NCBI GenBank assembly: GCA_049965775.1
Contig: JBMFVX010000001.1
Coordinates: 9,483 to 63,024 of the forward strand
Length of the DNA: 53,542 bases
Direction: 5' to 3'
Origin: Phycisphaerae bacterium
GTDB lineage: Bacteria > Planctomycetota > Phycisphaerae > WQYP01
In this document: positions 8,257 through 17,413 of the stretch, one piece after another
Layout of the letters: every line of letters begins with the position of its first letter
Position numbering within the stretch: the stretch's first letter is position 1
Notes under the pieces: generated by a model
Told to the model about the DNA's origin: nothing
What the model saw: only the letters and a program-made list of their open reading frames with translations
Database searches by the model: none
Translations under genes and position numbers: made by a program

Positions 8257-10857
8257 CTATTTTTTGCGGGGGGCGGGGATTGCCTGTTCGCGGGCCTTTC
8301 GGGCGGATACTACTGCAGCGGCGGTTGCCGGCTCGTCGGGCCAGTAGTGCCTGGGGTAGCGGGCCTTGAGGTCTTTGCGCACCATATAGTACCCGGTTTG
8401 CCAGAAGCTTTTGAGGTCGCTGGTAACCTGTACCGGCCTGCCGTTTGGCCCCAGCAGGTGCAGCAGCAGCGGTACGCGGCCACCGCCGATGCGGGGTGTG
8501 TCGGCAAGGCCAAAAAACTCCTGTAACTTGGCGGCCAGTATGGGCGGGCCGCTGGAGTCATAGGTAATAGCTGCGTGATGGCCGCTGGGAAGTTGCAACG
8601 ACTCAGGCAGGACGGTGGCAACGGTGCGTTGTTGCGCCGGGCTTAGTGCATGCCAAAGGGTTGAATGCCAATCGAATGATTCCAGATCGCGACGGCTTCG
8701 TGCCTGCAGCCATAGGGGGGCGGCAAGTTCCTGTAGAAAGGCCTCGTCAAAAATCGGCAGTTTAAGCTCTGGCAGGGCGGTGTGGGCGTAATTCAAACGT
8801 TGTAGCAAAGGGCCGGCGCCTGGGTTCGCCAGCACAATCTCCCGCAGTTTGCCATGGAACTGTTCCTGCATCAGACGGGCTGATTGATCGGGCGGTGCCT
8901 CGCCCGGCGCTTCATACATAATCAATTCGCCATAACAGCTTTGGCGCAGGCCCAGCACGCGCTGGTTGGCCTGATCCCAGGTGGCAAGTTGCCGCTCTTG
9001 ATATACCGGCGAGTCGGTAAGCCATTCAGGTTGTATAGCGCTGGCCATTCGCACTTGGCCTTCGCCGCGGGGCTTATTGGGGTCAAAAGTGACATCTACT
9101 GCAATAAAAAACTCCGGTCGCAGCACACCCGATTGGGGCCCAAGTACCACGCCGCGGCCGCCAACCATAGCGGCACGTTTGGGGTCGTGGGTTCGTCGGC
9201 GGCAAACACGATCAGGAAATGCCGCCAGAAGCAGACGAAGCAGTGCTTCTCTCCTGGTTGGGCCGGCGGGAGCATCAGGCGCAGCGGGCTTGCCCAGCAG
9301 GTTTACAAGTTGCTCGGCGGTGCGGGCAATGCGTTCTATGGCGTGGGTATCTGAATTGGCAAAGCGATTGTGCCGCTGACCCCGCAGAGTGGTCTCGAGC
9401 CATTCAAAGCGGATGAGCACGTCAGAATCTTCATGGCCGGTGGGCGTAAAGGTGCCACCGGGGGCAAAGTCGCGCTCGCCAAGCATGGCGGCCAGCAAAG
9501 CTGCCGGGCGTGCCAGCCCGATGCGGTTGGCTTGATGCAGCATGCAGGCCAGTCGCGGATGCAGCGGCAGCGCCGCAATGGTTTTGCCCAGCGCGGTAAG
9601 AGAGAGGGCACTTGCGCCAGGGGTGCTCGTGGGGCTGGTGTGCTGCAAGGCCCCAAGCATCACAAGCAGATCTATTGCGGCGTCTATGGCGTGTGTGGGC
9701 GGGGGCGTGAGCCAATCAAAACTGCTGGGGCCTTTGGCATCCCACCAAAACAGGTCGAGTACGGTGGGAGCCATATCTATGCGGGTAATCTCGGGCGGGT
9801 CGAAGGGGGCAAGGAAGCGGTCTTCCTGCCGTGACCATAGCCTTACGCATTGCCCCGGCGCTGTACGGCCGGCGCGGCCCGCTCGCTGCTGCGCCGAGGC
9901 TTTGCTGATGCGAACAAGTTTAAGGCTGTCCATGCCGCGTGCAGCGTCGTAACCGGCGCGGCGCACCAGACCGCTGTCTATGACGGTTGTGATGCCGTCA
10001 ATGGTTAACGATGTTTCGGCGATGTTGGTTGCCAAAATAACCCGCGCGTGGCTGCCGGGGGCAAGCGCCTTTATTTGGGCGGCCAGCGGCAGTGAGCCAT
10101 GGAGCGGCAGCAGCGGTATACCTGCAGCGGCGGCCCAATCTGCCATGGCGCGGCGGCAGCGTTCAATTTCGCCAACGCCCGGCAAGAAAACAAGAATGCC
10201 GCCAGATTGTGCGGCGGTGCCCCCGCTATAGGTTTTCTGTACCTGCTGGGCAACCTGTGCTTCGAGCGGAAGTTTGGCATCAACGGCGTGGGTAATGTCT
10301 ACCGGAAACATTCGACCCGGTGCGGTGATGGAGGGGCAATTGCCCAAATAAGCGGTGACCGGTTCAACATCAAGCGTTGCCGACATGACAATAATGAGCA
10401 GGTCAGGGCGAATGGTCTGCTGGATTTGTTTAAGCAGGGCCAGCGCCAGGTCGCTATGTACGCTGCGTTCATGAAACTCATCGAGCACGACCGCGCCTAC
10501 GCCGGGCAGAAATGGATCGGCGAGCAACTGCCGATTGAGCACGCCTTCGGTCATGACGGTGAGCCGGGTGTTTGGGCCGCAGCGTTTTTCGAGCCGCATG
10601 ATGTAGCCGACGTGCTCGCCCAGTTGCCAGTTATTTTCCTGAGCAATTCGCTGGGCGACAGCGCGGGTGGCGACGCGCCTGGGCTGGAGCATGAGGAGTT
10701 TAAAGTTCTCGGTGGTAAGCAGGTTGCTTTTAACAATCGCCGGAGCCACGCGTGTGGTTTTACCCGCGCCGGGCTGCGCTGTAAGCACCAGCGATCGCGT
10801 GCCGCGCAACTGGGCAATAATATCAGGTATGACGGCATCAATGGGTAGGATTTGCAT
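8257..10857 (-). CDS. hrpB: ATP-dependent RNA helicase HrpB (DEAH-box)
   Basis: Walker A QPGAGKTT and a DEFHER box, followed by the helicase C-terminal and HrpB-type C-terminal regions. Start set to MQILPIDAV (ATG at 10857); the 70 codons further upstream in the ORF track are Pro/Arg-rich and look non-coding. Confidence 0.9.
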   Translation of the reverse strand: MQILPIDAVIPDIIAQLRGTRSLVLTAQPGAGKTTRVAPAIVKSNLLTTENFKLLMLQPRRVATRAVAQRIAQENNWQLGEHVGYIMRLEKRCGPNTRLTVMTEGVLNRQLLADPFLPGVGAVVLDEFHERSVHSDLALALLKQIQQTIRPDLLIIVMSATLDVEPVTAYLGNCPSITAPGRMFPVDITHAVDAKLPLEAQVAQQVQKTYSGGTAAQSGGILVFLPGVGEIERCRRAMADWAAAAGIPLLPLHGSLPLAAQIKALAPGSHARVILATNIAETSLTIDGITTVIDSGLVRRAGYDAARGMDSLKLVRISKASAQQRAGRAGRTAPGQCVRLWSRQEDRFLAPFDPPEITRIDMAPTVLDLFWWDAKGPSSFDWLTPPPTHAIDAAIDLLVMLGALQHTSPTSTPGASALSLTALGKTIAALPLHPRLACMLHQANRIGLARPAALLAAMLGERDFAPGGTFTPTGHEDSDVLIRFEWLETTLRGQRHNRFANSDTHAIERIARTAEQLVNLLGKPAAPDAPAGPTRREALLRLLLAAFPDRVCRRRTHDPKRAAMVGGRGVVLGPQSGVLRPEFFIAVDVTFDPNKPRGEGQVRMASAIQPEWLTDSPVYQERQLATWDQANQRVLGLRQSCYGELIMYEAPGEAPPDQSARLMQEQFHGKLREIVLANPGAGPLLQRLNYAHTALPELKLPIFDEAFLQELAAPLWLQARSRRDLESFDWHSTLWHALSPAQQRTVATVLPESLQLPSGHHAAITYDSSGPPILAAKLQEFFGLADTPRIGGGRVPLLLHLLGPNGRPVQVTSDLKSFWQTGYYMVRKDLKARYPRHYWPDEPATAAAVVSARKAREQAIPAPRKK

Positions 10858-10931
10858 ATCGGCGATTTTACCCGCAGATGGGCTTGTGCAAACCATGAGA
10901 ATGCTATTAAGGCTGCCGGAGAGCCTGGCGC

Positions 10932-12161
10932 TTAGGCTGTCGCCACCGTCGGCGGGGCCGACAGGACTGCCACCGGCTCTTGTGGGTGATGCAGGAGTTG
11001 CTCGTAGACGGAGCGGTAGCGGTCGGCCATGGCGGTGGGGGAAAAATAGGCGAGGGCATGCTCGCAAGCATTGGCGGCCAGTTTTTGTGGGGTGAGCAGA
11101 GGTGGCTCGCCGGCTGCGAGCGCGGCGGCTGTGGCTGCTGGTGTACGGGCTGGCTCAAGCAGGTCGAGCAGAGCGGCGGCTATTTGCTTGGGATCGTTGG
11201 GCGGGGCCAGCAACGCGGTATGGTTGTGCCGAAGGATTTCGCGATTGGCGGAGGTGTTGGTTGCGGCGATCGGCTTGGCCGCAGCCATGGCCCGCAGCAA
11301 CGAGCCTGCAGGCGCCGGTGAGTCGGGGGTGAACAAAAAAGCATCGGCGGCGGGCAGCAGGCTCTCGACGGGCAGGTCTTCGGGAGTCTGGACAAACATC
11401 TCCGGCTTGTGGCTGGTGCGAATAAAATCGGCGAGCCGCCTGTCGGCAGCTTGATGCGGTTTGTCGGTGATGGCGCTGGGGTGAATGAGGCAGGTGATGT
11501 TGGGTAAAACATGTTGAACAATGGCTGCGGCCCAGCAGGCGATATCGTGGCGATACGCAGAGCCGGGGCTTCCTCCCAAAAGAATCAGCGGACCGGCCTC
11601 GGATGGAATGTCGAGCATGGCCTTCAGAGATGCCGCGTCGGGCGGCTGCAACGGAGCGACTGGTGAGGGTTGAGGAATTGCCGGCGGCAGGTGAATAGCC
11701 TGGTGGGCTGGGCTAAAGCGAGCGGCAAGGGCCGCGGTTTGGCGGCGGCTTTGGCCGACAAAGAGCCATCGCGGTTGACGCTTTAATGCAATATTGATGG
11801 GGTTTAGAAGGCCTTGGGGCGGCAAAGTCGGCAGGGTTGCGATGCAGCCGCCGGGAGGGTGGTAGGCTAAAGCGCCCATAGAGGCAAGGCCGCCGGTGCC
11901 CCATAGCTGCACATGCGTGGGGGCAAAGTCGTGGGTTATGCGCGCAATAAAGCGCCAGGCCGAGACATCCAAACAGCCGGAACAGCGATGGTGGCTTATG
12001 ACGGCCGGGGGTAGCCCTGCGATAACCGCCGCAGTTACCAACGAACTGTGGCCCAGCGCAACGACGCTTTGTTCGCTCTGCGGCAGCAGGGCGACAAGCG
12101 CAGCGACATCGGCGAGCGATTCGTCGGGCGTTGAGGGGTCTATGATGTGCATAATGCGCAT
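10932..12161 (-). CDS. Glycosyltransferase family 4/1-like protein (degenerate motifs)
   Basis: The C-terminal half aligns by eye with the GT4 Rossmann domain (LLPAADAFLFTPDS...LLRAMAAAKPIAATNTSANREIL...LLAPPNDPKQIAAALLDLL). Start set to MRIMHIIDPS (ATG at 12161), which avoids overlap with the upstream gene. Confidence 0.55.
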   Translation of the reverse strand: MRIMHIIDPSTPDESLADVAALVALLPQSEQSVVALGHSSLVTAAVIAGLPPAVISHHRCSGCLDVSAWRFIARITHDFAPTHVQLWGTGGLASMGALAYHPPGGCIATLPTLPPQGLLNPINIALKRQPRWLFVGQSRRQTAALAARFSPAHQAIHLPPAIPQPSPVAPLQPPDAASLKAMLDIPSEAGPLILLGGSPGSAYRHDIACWAAAIVQHVLPNITCLIHPSAITDKPHQAADRRLADFIRTSHKPEMFVQTPEDLPVESLLPAADAFLFTPDSPAPAGSLLRAMAAAKPIAATNTSANREILRHNHTALLAPPNDPKQIAAALLDLLEPARTPAATAAALAAGEPPLLTPQKLAANACEHALAYFSPTAMADRYRSVYEQLLHHPQEPVAVLSAPPTVATA

Positions 12162-12180
12162 AGCGGTCAGCCTTGCGTGT

Positions 12181-13260
12181 TTACCAGAGAATATCGGAGG
12201 CGTTAAATACCGGCCCATCGGTACAGGTGAGTTTGTATACCCAATCGGCAGCTCCAGCAGGCTTATATTTAATAACACAACTTTGACATGTTCCCATGCC
12301 GCAGGCCATGGGTTGCTCGAGCGATACCATGCAGGGCACATGGTGCCGTTGGGCTACGCCGGCAGTGGCTTTCATCATGGGCGTAGGCCCGCAGCAGAAA
12401 ACGACCGTTCCGGCGCGTACGGCCGGGACGGCGGCCGCAAGGTATAGATCGAGTGCGGCCGTTACAAAGCCGCGCATGCCCAGCGAGCCGTCATCGGTGG
12501 TGATAGCGGTGGGGATGTTGCAGTGGGCAAACTCGGTGCAGCACAGGTTGGGCGTGCCCACCGGGCTGGGCTGGCTGTTGGCCTGGAGGGCCAGGGGTAG
12601 CAGGTTGCGGCGCTGAGCGCCGACAAAAGCTACCGATGCGATTTTTTGGTGGGCGAGTTTTTCGGCAAGGTAAAGCATCGGGGGGATGCCCACACCTCCA
12701 CCGACAAGCACCGCATTGGTAAGGGTTTGCGGAAGCGCAAAGCCGCGGCCGAGCGGTCCAAGCAGCGAAATGCTTTCGCCGGGTTCCAGCGCTTCAAGCT
12801 CGCGGGTGCCTTTGCCGATTACGCGGTGGATGATATCAATTTCGGCTGTGGCCGGAGCAGTATCGGATGCAGGCAGGTCGCGGCGCTGGGCGATGGAGAA
12901 TGGTCTGCGGAGATACGGACGATTGGCCAGCAGGTATTCATCATGAAATTTGAGCGGCCGGCCGATGATGGGCCATTCAAACTCGACCTGCTTGGAGATT
13001 TGCGTGGGGTTGTAGCGCTCGCCCGAAACAGCCGGGTCGGGGTCGAGGCTGGGTGCACATAAAAGCTGTACAAACTGGCCGGGTTCGCTTGCGGGAAAGT
13101 CAGGTACCTGCAGTGTCAGGCGGTAGTGCTCGTGACAGATTGAGGTGTTGGCGCGAATCAGCGCAACGTAATGCCCACGGGTTGGTGGTTTTGGTGGTGC
13201 GGCGGTGGCAGTGCTCACAGTGGTGGTGCTCCGGATCATACAACTACGCGAAATCAGCAT
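12181..13260 (-). CDS. PyrK-like FAD/[2Fe-2S] electron-transfer flavoprotein (dihydroorotate dehydrogenase B electron-transfer subunit family)
   Basis: RRPFSIA flavin motif, GGGVGIPP nucleotide-binding glycines, and a C-terminal cluster motif ACGMGTCQSC...C. At 359 aa it is longer than the PyrK lengths I remember. Confidence 0.75.
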   Translation of the reverse strand: MLISRSCMIRSTTTVSTATAAPPKPPTRGHYVALIRANTSICHEHYRLTLQVPDFPASEPGQFVQLLCAPSLDPDPAVSGERYNPTQISKQVEFEWPIIGRPLKFHDEYLLANRPYLRRPFSIAQRRDLPASDTAPATAEIDIIHRVIGKGTRELEALEPGESISLLGPLGRGFALPQTLTNAVLVGGGVGIPPMLYLAEKLAHQKIASVAFVGAQRRNLLPLALQANSQPSPVGTPNLCCTEFAHCNIPTAITTDDGSLGMRGFVTAALDLYLAAAVPAVRAGTVVFCCGPTPMMKATAGVAQRHHVPCMVSLEQPMACGMGTCQSCVIKYKPAGAADWVYKLTCTDGPVFNASDILW

Positions 13261-13304
13261 ACCGCAGGTGCCCGCGGGCGGCCATCGGTTGAGTATTTAA
13301 TAAG

Positions 13305-13317
13305 GTGATATTGTAAC
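13305..13317 (-). promoter_or_regulatory. Putative -10 region (GTTACAATATCAC on the minus strand) upstream of the PyrK-like gene
   Basis: TACAAT hexamer (13310-13315, minus strand) about 45 nt upstream of the ATG at 13260. The identical 13-mer recurs upstream of recJ. The -35 is weak (TGTCAA with a 19-nt spacer). Confidence 0.35.
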
Positions 13318-13344
13318 CTGGCGCCCTGCCTCATTTGACAGGCG

Positions 13345-14343
13345 TTAGCGTCCAATGACGGCCATGCCGGAGGGTGGGTAACGCTCGCCGGCGAAGCAGC
13401 CTTTGGGGGCGGCCGCATTAATGGCCTGCAAATCCGCCGGGGAAAGCGCAACATTGATCGCCTGAATATTTTCGTCGAGGTATTTGCGGCGCTTGGTGCC
13501 GGGAATGGGGACTATATCGTTGCTTTGCGCCAGCACCCAGGCCAGCGCAAGTTGAGCGGGCGTGCAGCGTTTTTGGGCTGCAAACTCTTTTACTTTTGTT
13601 ACAAGTTCAAGATTTTTCTGGAAGTTGTCGCCTTGAAAGCGAGGATGATTGCGCCGTACGTCATCCGGTGCAAGGTCTTCGATCCGTCGAATTTGACCGG
13701 TTAAAAAGCCTCGTCCCAGCGGGCTGTAGGGCACAAAGCCGACGCCGAGTTCGCGGCATGTTTGCAGAAGGCCATCTTCTGGATCGCGTGACCAAAGCGA
13801 GTACTCGCTCTGAACGGCGGTAATGGGGTGTACCGCGTCGGCCCGTCGCAGGGTGGCTACGGCAGGTTCGGAAAGGCCGAGAAACCGCACCTTGCCCTGC
13901 CTTACCAGCTCGGCCATGACGCCGACGGTGTCTTCAATGGGCACGGTGGTGTCAATGCGATGCTGATAGTAAAGGTCTATCGTGTCAACACCGAGGCGCT
14001 GCAGGCTGCCTTCGCAGCTTTGGCGCACATACTCGGGCTTGCCACAGATGCTGCGGTCTTTGGGGTCGGCCCCGCGGACAATGCCAAACTTGGTGGCGAT
14101 GACTACCTGGCTGCGGTTACCGCCGGCCCATTCGCGTACGGCTTTACCGACCAGCCGTTCGTTGGTTTGCGGGCCGTACATGTCGGCGGTGTCCAGGAAG
14201 GTAATGCCCGAGTAAAGGGCGTGGTGAATGGTGGCAATGGATTCGACCTCATCCCGACCGCCGTAAAAGTCGGACATGCCCATACATCCCAAACCTAGGG
14301 CGGAGACGGTTAATTTGGCACGGCCGAGTTGTCGCGTTTGCAT
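13345..14343 (-). CDS. Aldo/keto reductase
   Basis: GLGCMGMS...[20 protein letters not shown]..., typical AKR (Tas/YghZ-like) motifs. Start moved to the ATG at 14343 (AAGGAG RBS upstream). Confidence 0.9.
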   Translation of the reverse strand: MQTRQLGRAKLTVSALGLGCMGMSDFYGGRDEVESIATIHHALYSGITFLDTADMYGPQTNERLVGKAVREWAGGNRSQVVIATKFGIVRGADPKDRSICGKPEYVRQSCEGSLQRLGVDTIDLYYQHRIDTTVPIEDTVGVMAELVRQGKVRFLGLSEPAVATLRRADAVHPITAVQSEYSLWSRDPEDGLLQTCRELGVGFVPYSPLGRGFLTGQIRRIEDLAPDDVRRNHPRFQGDNFQKNLELVTKVKEFAAQKRCTPAQLALAWVLAQSNDIVPIPGTKRRKYLDENIQAINVALSPADLQAINAAAPKGCFAGERYPPSGMAVIGR

Positions 14344-14565
14344 TGTTGGTGCTCCTTTCAGGTGCATGATAATGGTTGGCAGACGGAATTAAAAACGCTG
14401 AGCAGTCGGGAAAAGATGTTTCGGAGCAAATGTGAGTCGCGAGCATGTGGCGCGAGTATTCTTGTCTGCCGGACGAGGCGCTGCGCGACCCGGGGGCGAG
14501 CGCGGACGTGGTGGATATTGGTTTTAGTTTTGGGCGTTGCAATTGAGCTTGTTGCGCTGCCGCGA

Positions 14566-15834
14566 CTACAGCTTCATATATAGCACCGCCAGCACCGTCG
14601 TTACAACCGCCAACGGCAAACCGACTTTCAGGTACTCGCTGTACCCCAGACGCACATTCAGCGGTTCGCTTTGTTCCGCGACGATCAAATTGGCGATGGA
14701 CCCCAGAAGCGTCAAATTGCCCGCAAACGTGCTCACCACCGCCAACAGGTACCAACTCGATGTCGCGTGCAGCGCAATCGCGGGCTTGAGCAGCAGCACC
14801 GCCGGCACATTGCTGACAATATTCGACAGCACCAGCGTGGCGCCTGCCAGCGGCGCATGATGCTGCAGGTTAACACCTGCCTGAGCCAAAGCGTGCAGTG
14901 CCGGTTTGAGCAGTTGATGCTTCTCGGCATCGGCAATGACAATAAACAGCCCTACAAACAGCAGAATCAGGTTCCAGTCCACCAGGGCAAATAAATCACG
15001 CGGACGCGTTTTGCGTGAAATCAGCACCAACCCGGCCGCAGCCATTGCCGCAACCGGCCGCGAAATATGCAGCCACGGCCGCGCGACCATGGCCACGAGC
15101 AAAGCGGCCATGATGGCGAGCGTTTTGCCCACCAGGCTCCAGACCACGGCCGGCTCCGGCGGCAGCGCCAGCTGTTGGGAATTGTCGGCGATAAAAATGC
15201 CCCGCCGATAAATAAGCGCAACGGCCAGTACATTAAGTACAAGGCATCCGGCGACCAATGGTGCAATAAAAACGGTGTAATGCCAAAAAGAAAGCTCGCC
15301 CGCCTGCCCTATAAGCATGTTTTGAGGGTTGCCGATGAGCGTGGCGGCAGAGCCGATGTTCGAGCCGGTGGCCAGCGCCATGAGGTAGGGTACCGGGTCC
15401 TTTTTTGCGCTTTGTAACGCGCCAATAAGCACTGGCGTGAATATCAGTACGACAACATCGTTGGCAAACAATGCCGAGAGCACAGCGGCCGCAAAAACAA
15501 TCATCGCCAGCAGCGTCCAGGGGCGGCGCGCAATGCTGACGACCCTGCACACCACCCAGGCGTAAAATCCCGCCAGCCGAAGCTGTGCGGAAATGACCAT
15601 CAGGCTGCCGAGCAGCACGAGCGTGGAAAAATCCACCGATTGCATGGCCTGCTGAAAACTCAAGCGATGAAACGCCAGCACCGCAACCGCACCCAAAAGC
15701 GCAATGCTGGAGCGATCCAGATGCGTGTAAGGAATGCTGCCGAGCGCCAGCCCGATGTAGGTTAGCGCGAAAATGACCAAGTCCGGCGAAAGGCCGTTAG
15801 GCGACGTAACGACGGCGAGAAGCATACCTAGCAC
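14566..15834 (-). CDS. ArsB/NhaD-superfamily anion permease (SLC13/citrate-transporter-like)
   Basis: 422 aa and highly hydrophobic. GSNIGSAATLIGNPQNMLI and FAGNLTLLGSIANLIV repeat motifs, typical of this superfamily. The start may be GTG at 15834 (1-nt overlap with the upstream stop) or ATG at 15825. Confidence 0.85.
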   Translation of the reverse strand: MLGMLLAVVTSPNGLSPDLVIFALTYIGLALGSIPYTHLDRSSIALLGAVAVLAFHRLSFQQAMQSVDFSTLVLLGSLMVISAQLRLAGFYAWVVCRVVSIARRPWTLLAMIVFAAAVLSALFANDVVVLIFTPVLIGALQSAKKDPVPYLMALATGSNIGSAATLIGNPQNMLIGQAGELSFWHYTVFIAPLVAGCLVLNVLAVALIYRRGIFIADNSQQLALPPEPAVVWSLVGKTLAIMAALLVAMVARPWLHISRPVAAMAAAGLVLISRKTRPRDLFALVDWNLILLFVGLFIVIADAEKHQLLKPALHALAQAGVNLQHHAPLAGATLVLSNIVSNVPAVLLLKPAIALHATSSWYLLAVVSTFAGNLTLLGSIANLIVAEQSEPLNVRLGYSEYLKVGLPLAVVTTVLAVLYMKL

Positions 15835-16673
15835 TATTTGTTGCCACCCAGCAAATTGTGCAGGGCACTGCCCACGCCCTTATTAAGTTGTTGCGTTGCC
15901 TGGCTGGCGGCCGCCTTGACGCCGCTGATGGTGCCTTGTGCCCCCTGCGTAAGCATTTTGCTCGCATCCGAAAGGCCCGAACGAAAGGCTGCGGGCAGAC
16001 GGGGGTCTTTAGCAACCGACTGGGCGATTTGCCCAAGCACCTGGCTGATAACGTCGGCAATCTTCATGGGCCGACCGTTCGGATTGGTTGGATTTGCAAT
16101 TTCAATCTTCGGAATTGGAATTGAAAGGGTCGTCGGCTTGATGCCCGGCAAGCCTTCCAGCGTTACGCTGACCAGGGTATTCGTAAGAACGATGTCATTG
16201 ATTTTAAGTGATTTGCCCGATGATGACGACGCGCTGCTCGGCTGGGCGCCGGCGGTGGTCTTCGGCTGGGCCTGCAGATTGTTCATCACCTGCTGCAGAT
16301 TGCTGCTGGTCCCTTTTTGATCAATATATACTTTAAGATCGTTGATTTTGATGCTCGGCACCACAATGGTGCTGCTCAGCAGCGAGCCGGTATTTACATG
16401 AACGCCGCAGTAACCCAGCGATAGTAGTTGCGGGTCTGCATAACCTGATGGGCTGGCAATGGTAAGGTTGCCAAGGCCGAGTTTGCCATTGAGTATGCTA
16501 AGGGATGCGTCGCCCAATGTTACCTGCGTTTGCGTGGCTTTGGCGCCCTCAACGGCGACAGCTTTACGAATGATGCCATCAATTGAAAACAGGAGAATCA
16601 CAATCACCACCAAAACCAGCAGAATGATCACGCCCAAAGTGCGACGGATACTTTTTCCTAACGAGCCAGCCAT
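15834..16673 (-). CDS. Membrane-anchored hypothetical protein (AsmA/DUF748-like N-terminal region)
   Basis: N-terminal TM (TLGVIILLVLVVIVILLF) followed by a beta-rich region (VTLGDASLSILNGKLGLGNLTIASP) and an amphipathic C-terminus. Start set to the ATG at 16673 (GGAG 8 nt upstream). The function call is weak. Confidence 0.55.
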   Translation of the reverse strand: MAGSLGKSIRRTLGVIILLVLVVIVILLFSIDGIIRKAVAVEGAKATQTQVTLGDASLSILNGKLGLGNLTIASPSGYADPQLLSLGYCGVHVNTGSLLSSTIVVPSIKINDLKVYIDQKGTSSNLQQVMNNLQAQPKTTAGAQPSSASSSSGKSLKINDIVLTNTLVSVTLEGLPGIKPTTLSIPIPKIEIANPTNPNGRPMKIADVISQVLGQIAQSVAKDPRLPAAFRSGLSDASKMLTQGAQGTISGVKAAASQATQQLNKGVGSALHNLLGGNK

Positions 16674-17413
16674 AGCAATGTCTCCAAAAAGTGCCAATAA
16701 ACCACCAACAGAGTTGCAGGCTATTATATCTGGCGGCTTAAATTTGCGAAGAGGCTGCCCAAACCATAACCGCGTTGGAGTCGCTGAACGGGTTATTGCA
16801 ATAAATATGGCGGTCGGACACTTGTATAGCCACGGCCTGGCGATGGCGGCTATGATTATGAGGCGACAAAAAAGAAGTTTATGCCGTTGCAGATTGGTTG
16901 AACACCCTTAGAGTTCCGGCATGGCGGCCATGGCTTTGGCCTCGGCATGGCTGGAACCGACAGCGTGCAATGGCCAGCACAATGAGCCAAATGGATGCGA
17001 AAGCTGGCTTGTCTGCCAAAGCTGATATGGTAGCGCCGTCGGTCGGGCTGATGCGGCCTGTGTTGGGCGCTCTCACACGAGGCATGCCAAGAGCCAAGAG
17101 CCAAAAGCTAAAAAACAAAAGCAATGATCAGTTGCTTGAAGCTCTGCGAGAGGTAACTGAAAAGATTATAGATACTGCGAATGTCTAACTAATTAGTATT
17201 TGTGCTGCGGAACGGTTGTCTGTTTGGCTAATATATTCAGCTGTTTTGGCTTATATCTTGTGTCATGGCCGATGAGTCTATATTATATTTGGTCAGCAAG
17301 ATGACTTTGACGCAATGATTTTTAACTTGTTTTGCGACAATGCATAACTGTGGAAGTTATAAAAGTTAGCGTTGCCCGGACTTGCCTTTTTCTGTGTTTT
17401 ATGGAGCAATCTA

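Noticed and set aside
10858-11067. N-terminal extensions in the ORF-track models: hrpB to 11067, PhoH to 3102, GT-like to 12341, hppA to 27719, plus the sHSP, HypD, HoxE, HypA and GDE extensions
   Set aside because: The extended parts are Pro/Arg/Ala-rich or overlap the neighbouring gene. Conserved protein N-termini with good RBSs start at internal ATGs, so the coordinates were trimmed.
16856-17124. Minus-strand ORFs 16856..17104 and 16879..17124 in the long intergenic region
   Set aside because: They are mutually overlapping, have non-ATG or weak starts, and match no family. They are mentioned only as alternatives in the finding for 16674-17413.
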